Source of the DNA: an uncultured delta proteobacterium
GTDB taxonomy: Bacteria > Desulfobacterota > Binatia > Binatales > Binataceae
Assembly: GCA_963801665.1 (NCBI GenBank)
Contig: CAWDFL010000003.1
Span: 280,901 to 344,900 of the forward strand
Direction of reading: 5' to 3'
DNA length: 64,000 nt
Shown piece after piece: positions 48,339-58,320 of the stretch. The notes below the pieces were generated by a model, which worked only from the letters and a program-made list of their open reading frames with translations, did not search any database and had not been told where the DNA came from. The stretch's first letter is position 1. Each line of letters opens with the position of its first letter. The position numbers and the translations under genes were made by a program.

Positions 48339-49145
48339 CTAATGCGCCGCTGACGGTGCCGCTGCGGGAGCGCCCTTGGGCGCGCCCATCATCCCGTGCT
48401 CACCCGGCTTCGGGAGCTCGCGCTTGGTGTATCCGGCCGGAACGGTGAACTGGTCAGCGGAGATTTTCTGCACCGCGATTTTCGTGACCACTGTCTGTGT
48501 TGTGATCGGCTTGCGATTCGCCATCATCTGCTGCAGCTTGGCCTGCTGATCGGCGGACAGTCCCGGGATATTGATCTTGTTCATCTTCATGGTCGCGTCC
48601 GAGGCGAGCGGGATTCCGTGGGGAACGTCGCCGGTCGGCTGCGCACCGGTCGCCTTGAACTTCTCCATGTAGGCTTTCATGAAGGCGTCATATTCCTTGC
48701 TGCCGGGCGCGGTGGTCGAATAGCAATCGACCATCGACACGTCGCCGCCCATCGAGGTAGTGGTCGCCGAATAATCCTTGCACTCGTAGCCGGCGATTTT
48801 GCGCGAGGTTGATTCCTTCTTGAAGTTCATCGCTCCGGCCGCCCGCGCCATCATCTGCGCCATCGGACCGGTCGGCGGAAACGGCAACTGCACGTAGGTC
48901 TTCTGCGTCGGTTCAAGGTAGAACATCTGGCCGCCATCGAGATCGATAATGATCGCGTGGTCGGAGCCCTCGATGCGTTCCTTGTTGCCTTGTACCGAAA
49001 TCGTCTGCACGCGCTGCTGGTTTCCCCCCCCCTGCGGCGATCCCTGGCGCGACTCCGACTGCGTGATCACCACGCCTGCGAGCGCGGGAATTGCTGCGGC
49101 CATTGTCATTGCGACGCCGGCCACGATGGCGATTGCCTTGTTCAT
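48339..49145 (-). CDS. Secreted protein, DUF4412-like
   Basis: Signal peptide MNKAIAIVAGVAMTMAAAIPALA; IIIDLD...KTY, RKIAGYECKDY, DQFTVPAGY. ATGA overlap with the upstream gene. Confidence 0.8.
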   Translation of the reverse strand: MNKAIAIVAGVAMTMAAAIPALAGVVITQSESRQGSPQGGGNQQRVQTISVQGNKERIEGSDHAIIIDLDGGQMFYLEPTQKTYVQLPFPPTGPMAQMMARAAGAMNFKKESTSRKIAGYECKDYSATTTSMGGDVSMVDCYSTTAPGSKEYDAFMKAYMEKFKATGAQPTGDVPHGIPLASDATMKMNKINIPGLSADQQAKLQQMMANRKPITTQTVVTKIAVQKISADQFTVPAGYTKRELPKPGEHGMMGAPKGAPAAAPSAAH

Positions 49146-50194
49146 AACGTTTGCTCTCCTTGAGCCTTCTGCATCTCGAGCACTTTTGCGCCGCGAGCCG
49201 ACAGCGCGTGCTCTGCGCCGTTCGCCCCTTCCACGATCAGCCGATGTAGCATCAAACTGACCAGCCCGAATAGCACCCACACCATTTCCTTGATTCTTCT
49301 TAGAAACCCGATCGCAAAGCCAACTCCCGCCGGATATCCGATCAGCGCCAGGATCAGCGCCTTGCCGCCCTCCTGGCTCACCAGCTTGGCGGGGATCAGA
49401 AACGTCGCGCGCTCGATCAGCAAGCCCACTCCCTCGACCAGCAGCGCCACCCGCACCGTCGCCACCTGATGCAGCAGCTTCAGCAGGATAAAGATCTCGA
49501 CCGGCCCCATGCTCCACGCGACGAAGTAGCACAGGCACGAGAGTATCAGGCGTATGCGATGGCGCGCGTAGAATTCGAGCAGGATCGAGTCGGCTTCGTC
49601 GGCCGACTCCTTGATATCGTAGCGGCTCAAGTCCGTGAAATCGAATTTCGCCGCCGCGCGCCACAGGTACGAAAACGGCCGCTTGGTCTGCACGTAAAAG
49701 AAACCGAGCGCCAGCGCGATCGCGATCGCGAGTCCGCCCGCGATCGGCCACAGCAGCCGATGCGCCGCCGGGATCATCTGGATCGAGATCAAGAGCGCGG
49801 CGACGACGAACATGATCTGCCCGATCGCCTCGGCGAGCGACGCGACCACCACCGTCGCGAGGCCCAGCGGCATCCGGAGTTTGCGCCGCACCATCAGCGC
49901 CATGACGAATTGGCCGCCAAGCTGCGCCGAGGGAGTGACGTAGTCGATCGCCTCGCCCGCGATTCGCGCGGCGAACAGCTCGCCAAGTCCGAGCGAGGGC
50001 GGATAGTCGGCAATCGTGACTCGCCATCCCAGCGTGTTCATGATCCGCGAGACCGCTTCCAGCGCGATCGTCAGCGCGAGGCCCCATCCCGCAAGCTTGA
50101 CGTAGCCGAGCACCTCGCGGGTGCCGAAATGCGACAGAAACCAGAAGTAAAACCCAACAGCGAGAACGATCAGGATGGATTCGACGCGGCGCAT
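49142..50194 (-). CDS. Lysylphosphatidylglycerol synthase TM / flippase-like membrane protein (HpnL-like)
   Basis: Multi-TM; ARIAGEAIDYVTPSAQLGG, IPAKLVSQEGG, LRRIKE. Confidence 0.82.
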   Translation of the reverse strand: MRRVESILIVLAVGFYFWFLSHFGTREVLGYVKLAGWGLALTIALEAVSRIMNTLGWRVTIADYPPSLGLGELFAARIAGEAIDYVTPSAQLGGQFVMALMVRRKLRMPLGLATVVVASLAEAIGQIMFVVAALLISIQMIPAAHRLLWPIAGGLAIAIALALGFFYVQTKRPFSYLWRAAAKFDFTDLSRYDIKESADEADSILLEFYARHRIRLILSCLCYFVAWSMGPVEIFILLKLLHQVATVRVALLVEGVGLLIERATFLIPAKLVSQEGGKALILALIGYPAGVGFAIGFLRRIKEMVWVLFGLVSLMLHRLIVEGANGAEHALSARGAKVLEMQKAQGEQTL

Positions 50195-50325
50195 CGCAAA
50201 ACGGTGACAAGCCGCACGGCGCGGCGCAGTCGCTGCATTGTTTCAGCCGAACCCCCAACGCGCAACCGGGGCAAAATCTTTGGTAGTGGGCCGGTTCGAA
50301 ACTTGCCCTGTCAGCGATGCCGATT

Positions 50326-50629
50326 TGTCATTTCCGCGCGCGTGGCTGCCGCGCGCGAGGAATCCCGGGCGAAGGTCTGCTGCACGTGGACGTAGCTCAA
50401 AGCACGGCCGTCTCGGGATTCCTCGCCTACGGCTCGGAATGACGGTTGAGAGCTCGGTGGGGGCTACGATACTCATGCACCCGGCCCGCATCCGTCATTT
50501 CGACCGAAGGGAGAAATCCCGAGACGGCCGTGCTCTGAGCTACGTCCACGTGCACTTCCCTCTCGTACGGGATTCCTCGCGCGGCAGCCGGAGCCTGCCC
50601 TGAGCCTGCCGAAGGGCGCGGGAATGACA
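50326..50629. repeat. Composite REP/MITE-like element, copy B
   Basis: TGTCATTTCCGCGCG...GCGCGGGAATGACA ends; internal 40-bp inverted repeat (50381-50420 vs 50515-50554, one mismatch); same central linker as copy A. Confidence 0.85.
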
Positions 50630-50866
50630 CCGGAAAACGAGCGCAACTGTGAAATCCGTAGCCGATCATTGTCACCTAACAAGCGTTAGATTTTTTGCCA
50701 GATTTGTTCATGGCTGAACTGTTCAGCCTTATCTTCCCGCCCGCTTCGTGCAAAATAGATCAAATGGAACCAAATCCCCGACTTCCGATCGTCCGCCCGC
50801 TCCCGGCGCGAAACGGCTCCCAGCCCTTCACCGCTTCAGCGCGCGCTAGCTTAATGATTCGCATTC

Positions 50867-50875
50867 TGCTATAAT
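50867..50875 (+). promoter_or_regulatory. Extended -10 element TGCTATAAT
   Basis: Exact TGnTATAAT in an AT-rich gap about 200 nt upstream of the amidohydrolase-amidase operon. Confidence 0.4.
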
Positions 50876-51080
50876 GAGAAGCCGAGGTCGTAGAAAATGC
50901 GAAAAACGGTTTCAAACCCATCATCCGTGTGAAATTCTTGAGCTTTTCCAAAGAGTATTCGCAACGACCGGATCAAAAATCGCCTGAACGAACCCACCGC
51001 AGATACACAGTTTTAAAATACGGAGTTCTGATTGACAGCTTCGCCCCGAGGCGGCGACAATCCTGCCCGGTGCAATAGCA

Positions 51081-52214
51081 ATGTCTTTAGCCGGATTCAG
51101 AATTATCGATGCCGACGGGCACGTCACCGAGCCTGCCTCGCTCTACACCACGCACATCGACCCGAAGTTCCGCGCCGCCGCCGACGCGATGCTCACGCGC
51201 ACTGGCGCCGGCAACCTCGGTATCGTACCCGCTATCCATCCGAAGTGGCGCAGCGCCGAGCGTCCGCTGGGCGAGCGCGACGAGGTTCCGGGGCTCGGCA
51301 AATTTCCCTCGGGCAAGAATCATCCGCTCGCCTCTCCGACCGGCGGCCTCGATCCGAACGAGCGCATCGCCGACATGGACAAGGAAGGAATCGACGTCGC
51401 CGTCTGCTTCGCGACCGTCGCGACCTCCGTGTGCGGCGTCGCCGATCTCGCGATGGAAGCGGCGCTCGCGCGTGCGTACAACCGATGGATCGGCGAGTAC
51501 TGCTCGGCCGCGCCCGCGCGCATCAAGGCGGTCGGCATCGTTCCGCAACGCACGATGGAGACCTGTGTCGCCGAGGTCGAGTACCTCGCGCGCGAGCCGT
51601 GGGCGGTCGGAATCATGACCTTTGGAAATCTCGACGGGATGCTCGCCGACCATCCGTATTTCGATCCGTTCTATCGCGCCGCGGCCGCGAACGATCTGCC
51701 GCTATGCTTTCACGGCGGCACCGATCGTCCGCCGTTCGCGCCCGGCCGCGAGGATGTCGGCAACAACATGTTCCTGATGCATCTGACCGGCCACGTCTGG
51801 CATCAGATGCGCGCGATGGGCGCGGCGATCGGCGGTGGCCTGCTCGAGCGCCATCCGAAGCTGATGCTCGGATTCTTCGAGGGCGGACTCTCGTGGGTCC
51901 CCTGGTGGGCCGAGCGGATGGACGGGCACTACAAGCACTTCGCGCGCCACACTCCGCATCTTTCGCGCAAGCCGAGCGAGCACATGCGCGGCCCGCGATG
52001 CTTCTACACCTTCGACGCCGACGAGGATCTGCTTCCCGAAGCGATGCGGATGATCGGCGTCGAGCGCGTGATGTGGGCGTCTGACTATCCGCATTTCGAT
52101 GCGGAATTCCCCGACGCCGCCGAGCTGGTAGTCAACAACTCGCGCATCGACGCGGCCGAAAAGCGCGCGATCCTGTGCGACAACGCGCTCAAGTTTTTTT
52201 CGAGGATCAAATAG
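51081..52214 (+). CDS. Amidohydrolase family protein
   Basis: IIDADGHVTEP, DMDKEGIDVAV, FHGG, FFEGG, MWASDYPHFD. Confidence 0.92.
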   Translation: MSLAGFRIIDADGHVTEPASLYTTHIDPKFRAAADAMLTRTGAGNLGIVPAIHPKWRSAERPLGERDEVPGLGKFPSGKNHPLASPTGGLDPNERIADMDKEGIDVAVCFATVATSVCGVADLAMEAALARAYNRWIGEYCSAAPARIKAVGIVPQRTMETCVAEVEYLAREPWAVGIMTFGNLDGMLADHPYFDPFYRAAAANDLPLCFHGGTDRPPFAPGREDVGNNMFLMHLTGHVWHQMRAMGAAIGGGLLERHPKLMLGFFEGGLSWVPWWAERMDGHYKHFARHTPHLSRKPSEHMRGPRCFYTFDADEDLLPEAMRMIGVERVMWASDYPHFDAEFPDAAELVVNNSRIDAAEKRAILCDNALKFFSRIK

Positions 52215-52219
52215 GCGCG

Positions 52220-53671
52220 ATGGCTGCCGGCAAAGAAATCTGCGCGATGAGTGCGGTGAAGCTCGCGGCGGAAATTCGCGCGCGCACACTCTCGCCTGTC
52301 GAGGTTATCGACGCGATCCTCGAGCGGATGAATCAGGTCGAGCCGCATCTGCACGCCTTCTGCACGCCGACTCCCGAGCTTGCGCGCACGGAAGCAAAAC
52401 GAATCGAGGCCGAGATTTCGGCGGGGCGCGATGCCGGGCCGCTCGCCGGCGTGCCAGTCAGTATCAAGGATCTGATTTTCACTCGCGGAATTCGTACCAC
52501 CTCTGGTTCGGTCGCGTATCGCAATTTCGTTCCCGACGAAGACGATATCGCGGTCGAGCGGCTCCGCGCCGCCGGCGCGATCATAATCGGCAAGACCAAT
52601 ACCGCCGAATTCGGCTACAGCGCGACCGGGCACAATCCGCTCTTCGAGACCACGCGCAATCCGTGGAACCTCGCGATGACGCCCGGCGGTTCGAGCGCGG
52701 GCGCGGGCGCGGCGGTCGCCGCAGGCGTCGGTCCTCTCGCGCTCGGCAGCGACGGCGGCGGCTCGGTGCGGATCCCCGCCTCCTTCTGCGGGCTCTATGG
52801 GATCAAGCCATCGTTCGGGCGCATCCCGCTTTATCCAGGCTCGCGCGATGAGCGCTATCCGGGAGCCTCAGGATGGGAGTCGATCGAATGTTACGGACCG
52901 CTCACGCGCACTGTCGCAGACGCGGCGCTGATGCTATCGGCGATTGTCGGACCCGACCCGCGCGATCGGCAAAGCCGTCCGAGCGAAGGTATCGACTGGC
53001 TCGGATGCGCCCGCGCGGGAGACTTGCGCGGCAAGCGCATTGCCTACAGCGCGGACTGGGGCTACGCCGCCGTAGATCCCGAGGTCGCGCAAATCGCGCA
53101 CGATGCGGCGCGCGTCTTCGAGCGCGAGCTCGGATGCGTTGTCGAAGAGGCCAATCCCGGATGGAGCAATCCGGCGGCGGTGTTCGCCGCCACGATGATC
53201 GCCGAAACCGATCTGCGCGGGATGCGCAAAATGATCGCCGAGCACGGCGCGCAGATGTCCTCGCACATGGTCGATCTGATCATGCGTCCGTGGAGCGCCG
53301 AGGAATTGACCGACGCGAATATCGGACGCAAGGCGCTCGCCAACCACATGGCGCGCTTCATGGCGAAATACGATCTGCTGCTGACGCCGACGACGTGCGT
53401 GCCGCCGTTTCCGATTCTGATGCAGGGGCCCGACAAGATCGCCGGGCGCTATGTGCGTCCCGAGAGCTTTCTCGCGTTCACGATCATCGCAAATCTCACA
53501 GGACAGCCCGCCGCGACCGTGCCCGCCGGATTCACCAAGGATGGATTGCCGGTCGGCTTGCAGATTATCGGACGGCATCTCGACGACACGATGGTGCTGC
53601 GGGCGTCGTCGGCGTTCGAGGCCGCGCGTCCGTGGGCACATCGATGGCCACCGCTCCTGGAGCGGCTGTGA
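52220..53671 (+). CDS. Amidase (AS family)
   Basis: GVPVSIKD, GKTNTAEFG, PGGSSAG, GSDGGGSVRIPAS. Confidence 0.93.
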   Translation: MAAGKEICAMSAVKLAAEIRARTLSPVEVIDAILERMNQVEPHLHAFCTPTPELARTEAKRIEAEISAGRDAGPLAGVPVSIKDLIFTRGIRTTSGSVAYRNFVPDEDDIAVERLRAAGAIIIGKTNTAEFGYSATGHNPLFETTRNPWNLAMTPGGSSAGAGAAVAAGVGPLALGSDGGGSVRIPASFCGLYGIKPSFGRIPLYPGSRDERYPGASGWESIECYGPLTRTVADAALMLSAIVGPDPRDRQSRPSEGIDWLGCARAGDLRGKRIAYSADWGYAAVDPEVAQIAHDAARVFERELGCVVEEANPGWSNPAAVFAATMIAETDLRGMRKMIAEHGAQMSSHMVDLIMRPWSAEELTDANIGRKALANHMARFMAKYDLLLTPTTCVPPFPILMQGPDKIAGRYVRPESFLAFTIIANLTGQPAATVPAGFTKDGLPVGLQIIGRHLDDTMVLRASSAFEAARPWAHRWPPLLERL

Positions 53672-53673
53672 GC

Positions 53674-55056
53674 CTAATCGCGAATGGTGCGCCGCTCCTG
53701 CTCGACCTCCTCGAACCATCGCGCAAGCGACGCGCTCATCCGCGCTACGCGCTCCGGATCGGAAGCCGCGAGATCATTCCGCTCCGCCGGATCATTCTCT
53801 ATGTCAAACAATTGCGCGGGTGGCGCGGCGTCGCGCTTGGGCTCGGGAATCGGCGATCGATCGATCTCGGTAAAACTATCGGGATCATATTTCGAGCGGA
53901 CATCGGAACGAAAATCCTCGGAGGTGATCGACATCAGCTCGCGGATCGCCGGCCGCACCAGCTTCCACTTTCCGTCGCGCATCGCGGCGTTGCATTCGCC
54001 GTCGGGCTCGTAGCGATTCCACTGCCAGAAGCGCTCTTCCGGAACCTTGCCGCGCTCGCCCGCAAGCAGCGGCAGCACGTTTACGCCGTCGAGCTTCAAA
54101 TCGCGCGGCGGCTCCGCGCCCGCCGCCGCGAGCAACGTCGGCATCCAGTCGGTGAAGTGAAACATCGCGTCGAGCGTGCGGCCGCCCGCGATTTCCGCTG
54201 GCCATCGGATTACCATCGGCAGCCGGATCCCGCCCTCATAGACGTAGAGCTTCGAGCCGGCGAAACCGCAATTGAAACGATCGGTGCAGTTGTCGCCCTT
54301 GCCGCCGAACTGCGGGCCGTTGTCGCTGGTGAACATCACGAGCGTGTTGTTCGCGAGCCCGAGCGAGTCGAGCTCTTCGAGCACGCGCGCGACTCCGCGA
54401 TCCATCGCATGCAGCATCGCGTAGATCGCGCTCACGGCGGCGGTGAATTTTCCGCTGTCGATGAACGGGTGCAGCTCCGCCTCGGGCGCCTCGAACGGGA
54501 AGTGCGGCGCGTTGTACGCGAGATGGAGAAAAAACTTCTCGCGGCGATGCCGCCGCAGAAACTCGACCGCTTCCTCCGTAAACACGTCAGTCAGGTAGCG
54601 GCCGTCAGAACCGCTCGTGGAGCCATTACGGTCGATCCGCCATTGCCAGTACGGATGCCATCCGCCGGAGAATCCCGCGAACTCGGCGAAGCCGCGGCGG
54701 TTCGGATGATAGCGCGCGTCAAACGCGCCGTTGTGCCATTTGCCGACCAGCCCGGTGACGTAACCCGCGCGCGCAAGAAGATCCGCGACGGTGCGCTCGC
54801 GCAGCGCCAGCCGATCGAGCCCGCGAATCTCGAGCGTGTCGAGCACTCCGGTGCGATGCGGATAGCGCCCGGTCATCAGCGAGGCGCGCGCCGGCGCGCA
54901 CACGGGAGAGGCGGAATAATGCTGCGTCAGGCACAGTCCCTCGCGCACGAGCTGATCGAGCGTCGGAGTGCGCGAGACGCCGCCGTTGAAGCACGAGAAA
55001 TCGCCGTAGCCCATATCGTCGGCGACGATCAGAATAATATTCGGCCGCTCACTCAT
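53674..55056 (-). CDS. Arylsulfatase (Cys-type)
   Basis: PNIILIVADDMGYGD, CAPARASLMTG, GKWHNG, SDNG. Confidence 0.93.
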   Translation of the reverse strand: MSERPNIILIVADDMGYGDFSCFNGGVSRTPTLDQLVREGLCLTQHYSASPVCAPARASLMTGRYPHRTGVLDTLEIRGLDRLALRERTVADLLARAGYVTGLVGKWHNGAFDARYHPNRRGFAEFAGFSGGWHPYWQWRIDRNGSTSGSDGRYLTDVFTEEAVEFLRRHRREKFFLHLAYNAPHFPFEAPEAELHPFIDSGKFTAAVSAIYAMLHAMDRGVARVLEELDSLGLANNTLVMFTSDNGPQFGGKGDNCTDRFNCGFAGSKLYVYEGGIRLPMVIRWPAEIAGGRTLDAMFHFTDWMPTLLAAAGAEPPRDLKLDGVNVLPLLAGERGKVPEERFWQWNRYEPDGECNAAMRDGKWKLVRPAIRELMSITSEDFRSDVRSKYDPDSFTEIDRSPIPEPKRDAAPPAQLFDIENDPAERNDLAASDPERVARMSASLARWFEEVEQERRTIRD

Positions 55057-55106
55057 CGTCGTCACAGGATCATTGGATCAAGCGCGCGGTGCAAATCGAA
55101 TCGCGA

Positions 55107-56423
55107 TCAGAGTCCAAGTTCCTCGAGCTTCTCGGGAAACTTGGTCGCGAGTTCGTGCGGGTAACCGGTCTTCAGCATATCGAGCGCATGTGCGAACGCA
55201 TCAGTGCTGGCGTTCGAGGCGGGGAGAATACTGGTGAGGCCGGGCAGTTGCGGATTGGGCGCCGGGCTGGGCGCATCGGGGTCGTCGGTGCGTGCGGCCG
55301 ACAGATCAAACGCGTCGGCTAGATTGTTGACGCCTCGAGCGTCCACCTCGCGCGAATAGCTGCCAGTGCCGAACTTTCTGCCGAGCAACTTCAGAATCGA
55401 AGTGTGATCGAGATTCTGATCGTAAACAGTTCCGGCCGAAACGAATGGCGACACGATAATTCCCGGCACGCGAACTCCGGAGCTCTGAAACGCGGGCCAT
55501 CGATCATCGAACACGCTGGTCTCAAGCTCGAGCGGCTGCTCGTGATCCCAGAAACCGCCGTGCTCGTCGTAGGTAATGATCAAAGCGGAATTGCGCCATC
55601 GTTTGCTGTTGAGCATCGTCGTGTAAACGTCGTGCACGAGTTGCTGGCCGCCATACACCGACGAGATCGAATGATCGTCCGTGCCGTGGCCCTGGTTGTC
55701 GGGCGAGTCGTTGTAGGTCGGCTCGATGAAGATCACCTGCGGAGCGGTCGCGTCCGCCTCGAGTTTCCAGTCGACCGCAAATCGATCGAAGCGCCGAAAG
55801 CTGTCACCGGCCGCGATCTCAGGAATCCATCGCGGCATCATCGTGAAGAACGGAAACAACCCCTGATGATATACACGCCAGCGCACGCCGTGCACGGTCA
55901 GCCATTCGTATACCAGGTGCTGGTCGGGCAGCACGGTCTGATTCTTTTCGATCAGCGTGTACCCGCTCATCGCCATCAGGCGATTCGGCTGCGTCCCCGC
56001 CGGCAGCGGCGAGAACCATCGGTCGCAGACGCGATAGTTGCGTGCAAGAAAGTTGTAGATCGGAACCTGGCCGGGCGTCTGGTAGTACATCACGTCGGGC
56101 TCGGCGGCGCTGACAGCGAATCCGTTGAGCGGATAGACTCCAGCGCTCGGTCCGCCGAGCTGCAACGTGATATTGATCCGCTCGTGAGGAGGATCGGCGA
56201 TCTGCGCGTGCGTCATCTCCTGCGGCTTAATCGTCAAGCCGTTGAGCGGATTCGCAACCCTCGCGAGCCACGCCGGATCGTTCTTGAGTCCATCGATCGT
56301 GCGCTGCGATTTGTAGCCGTCGCCGTATCCGGGCAGGCTCAGATAGCCGAGCATGTGATCGAACGATCGGTTTTCCATCATCAGGATGACGATCGTGTCG
56401 ATGAGTCCAAGGTCCGTGGGCAT
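55107..56423 (-). CDS. Phosphoesterase / phospholipase C family protein
   Basis: MMENRSFDHMLG, TQPNRL, DDH, TYDEHGGFWDH, GVRVPGIIVSP, DHTSILK. Confidence 0.9.
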   Translation of the reverse strand: MPTDLGLIDTIVILMMENRSFDHMLGYLSLPGYGDGYKSQRTIDGLKNDPAWLARVANPLNGLTIKPQEMTHAQIADPPHERINITLQLGGPSAGVYPLNGFAVSAAEPDVMYYQTPGQVPIYNFLARNYRVCDRWFSPLPAGTQPNRLMAMSGYTLIEKNQTVLPDQHLVYEWLTVHGVRWRVYHQGLFPFFTMMPRWIPEIAAGDSFRRFDRFAVDWKLEADATAPQVIFIEPTYNDSPDNQGHGTDDHSISSVYGGQQLVHDVYTTMLNSKRWRNSALIITYDEHGGFWDHEQPLELETSVFDDRWPAFQSSGVRVPGIIVSPFVSAGTVYDQNLDHTSILKLLGRKFGTGSYSREVDARGVNNLADAFDLSAARTDDPDAPSPAPNPQLPGLTSILPASNASTDAFAHALDMLKTGYPHELATKFPEKLEELGL

Positions 56424-56489
56424 CGCAACTACCTCCGCGGCGCAAGATGCGACCGATGGTAGATGCGCGGCCGACTCGTAGCAATTCGG

Positions 56490-58016
56490 CTATCGCTCTG
56501 CGCCGTCGCTGGAAGCGACTTCGATCCGGCCGTTTTCGATCGTCCACTGCTCGCGAGTTGTGCGCGCCGCCAGCGGATCGTCATGCGTGACGATCACGAG
56601 CGCGCCCGGATACGCCGCGAGCGCTTCTTCGAGCCGCTCGATCGCGGGCATGTCGAGATGATTGGTCGGCTCGTCGAGGACGCACGCCCATACCTGCCGG
56701 CCGAGGCCGTACGCCAGCGCGAGTTTGCGCGCCTCTCCGGGCGAAGGCGATTGCGAGCCGAGAATCCGCTCGGGATCAACTCCGAGCGCCGCCGCGAGCG
56801 TCAGCACCCGCGCGCGTGCGTCAGCGCCGAGCGTGCGCACAGCCGCGAGCATCGCGGCGCCGTCGGCGTCGGTCAATTCCTGCGGCAGGAACATCACGCG
56901 CTCTCGCGGCAGGCGCGCCGCGCGCAGCATCGCGCCGAGCAGCGTGGTTTTGCCGGCGCCGTTGGCCCCAGCGACGCGGATTCTGCTCTCGCGCCCGACC
57001 ACCAGGTGAACCTCTTCGAGCACGCGTTTCGAGCCGGCCAGGATTTCGTTTTCGTCGAGCGCGAAGATGCGGCTCATCGGCGCGGGAACGTAGTCGACAA
57101 ACAACGCGCGGCCCTTGTCTTTGCGGAACTCGAACTCGCCCAGGCGCTCCTCGACCCGATCGACACCGCGACGCAAGTTTCCGACGTCGCGCGACAGCCG
57201 CGCCGACGCCATCTCGGATTTCCCCTTCGCCATCATGCTGGTCGCGTCATGGTCGCGCGGGCCGCGCATTCTTTGGCCCGCGCCGGCGCTCCAGTCGTCC
57301 GCGGCGGACTGCGCGATTCTCCGCTTGTCGGCGAGGCGGCGCTTAAGCTTGTCGCGTTCGTGCTTGAGCCGCTCGAACGACGCATGATACTCGCGCTGCT
57401 CGGCCTCCCACGCGCGTTTGGCGTAACCGTACGTTCCGCGCCAGATTCGCGCCGTGCCTTCGTGCACGCGTACGGTGTAATTCGTCAGACGCTCGAGCAT
57501 CACGCGGTCGTGCGATATGACGATTCCGATTCCGCGGAAACGGCGGAGCGCGTCGAGCAGCAGGCCGCGTGCGTCGGCGTCAAGATGGTCGGTCGGCTCA
57601 TCGAGAATCAGCACCGCCGGTTCCGATGCGAGCGCTGCGCCTACCTGCCAGCGCTTGCGCTCGCCCGGCGACAGCGTAGGCCACCTTTCGAGTGTGGCGG
57701 GCTCGAGCGCGAGCTCGCCATGGAGGCGGCGCGCGACGCCGTCCTCGGCGCGGGCGAACGCCGCGATTCCGGGCGAGATCTTAAGCACGGTCTGGGCGCA
57801 CAGGCGTATCGATTTCGACGCCGACGGCGGATCAATCCGCACATGGCCGCGAGCGGGCTCGAGCTCGCCGGAGATCAAGCGGATTAGCGTAGTCTTGCCG
57901 GCGCCGTTGGCGCCGACCACGCCGGCCCATCCGGGCGCGAGCTGAATAGTCACATCGCGGAGGATCGGAATCGAATCGGAATACGAAAAGGAAACTTCAG
58001 CCAAACGCACGAACAT
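56490..58016 (-). CDS. ABC-F family ATPase (two NBDs, no TM), possible ribosome-protection type
   Basis: GANGAGKT twice, LSPGE/PSPGE, LDEPTDHLD/LDEPTNHLD, long charged interdomain linker. Confidence 0.88.
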   Translation of the reverse strand: MFVRLAEVSFSYSDSIPILRDVTIQLAPGWAGVVGANGAGKTTLIRLISGELEPARGHVRIDPPSASKSIRLCAQTVLKISPGIAAFARAEDGVARRLHGELALEPATLERWPTLSPGERKRWQVGAALASEPAVLILDEPTDHLDADARGLLLDALRRFRGIGIVISHDRVMLERLTNYTVRVHEGTARIWRGTYGYAKRAWEAEQREYHASFERLKHERDKLKRRLADKRRIAQSAADDWSAGAGQRMRGPRDHDATSMMAKGKSEMASARLSRDVGNLRRGVDRVEERLGEFEFRKDKGRALFVDYVPAPMSRIFALDENEILAGSKRVLEEVHLVVGRESRIRVAGANGAGKTTLLGAMLRAARLPRERVMFLPQELTDADGAAMLAAVRTLGADARARVLTLAAALGVDPERILGSQSPSPGEARKLALAYGLGRQVWACVLDEPTNHLDMPAIERLEEALAAYPGALVIVTHDDPLAARTTREQWTIENGRIEVASSDGAER

Positions 58017-58020
58017 CGTA

Positions 58021-58130
58021 ACTGCTCCATTGTTCCACGCGCATCGGCGCGAAGTCCGTGCCGCTCGCGTAAGGGTTGTCGTTCGGACGACAAATGGAAT
58101 TCAGTTACTTCCGCACACCGTTGGCCTCTT
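58021..58130 (-). promoter_or_regulatory. Candidate translational attenuator with uORF GTG-CGG-AAG-TAA (58105..58116)
   Basis: AAGAGG 8 nt before the uORF; CTG..TCCATT right after its stop is complementary to the AATGGAGCAG RBS of the ABC-F gene; inner hairpin TTGTCGT/ACGACAA. Confidence 0.55.
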
Positions 58131-58249
58131 GTGGTGAGATGACCTGGAATCTAACGCCGCGTCCCGAGCGATGCAATCCGTTTTTCACTCTCCCGCCGGT
58201 TGAGGGTGCTGCTCTGCATCCGCATGATCAGCTCTTGCACGATCCGAAT

Positions 58250-58289
58250 CCGGGATTCCTCTCGCGGCGGCCACGCGCGGGAATGACAA
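58250..58289. repeat. Single REP-like unit of the GTCAT family
   Basis: CGGGATTCCTCTCGCGGCGGCCACGCGCGGGAATGACA matches the right ends of copies A and B. Confidence 0.7.
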
Positions 58290-58320
58290 ATGCGCAGTGG
58301 GCGATAGGAACGGAAAGAGA

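Noticed and set aside
48339-50258. 639-aa ORF as one protein
   Set aside because: The first ~370 codons are an alternate frame of the flippase-like gene; the real gene starts at 49145 with a signal peptide.
47121-50629. CRISPR array or guide-RNA locus
   Set aside because: The repeats are inverted and nested, not regularly spaced direct repeats, and there are no cas genes in the window.
50851-50866. Fur-box-like AATGATTCGCATT
   Set aside because: Only a partial match, and no iron-related gene downstream.
52873-55164. 763-aa plus-strand ORF
   Set aside because: Arg/Ala-rich shadow frame overlapping the amidase and antisense to the sulfatase; typical high-GC artefact.
56463-57887. 474-aa plus-strand ORF
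   Set aside because: Antisense shadow of the ABC-F gene.
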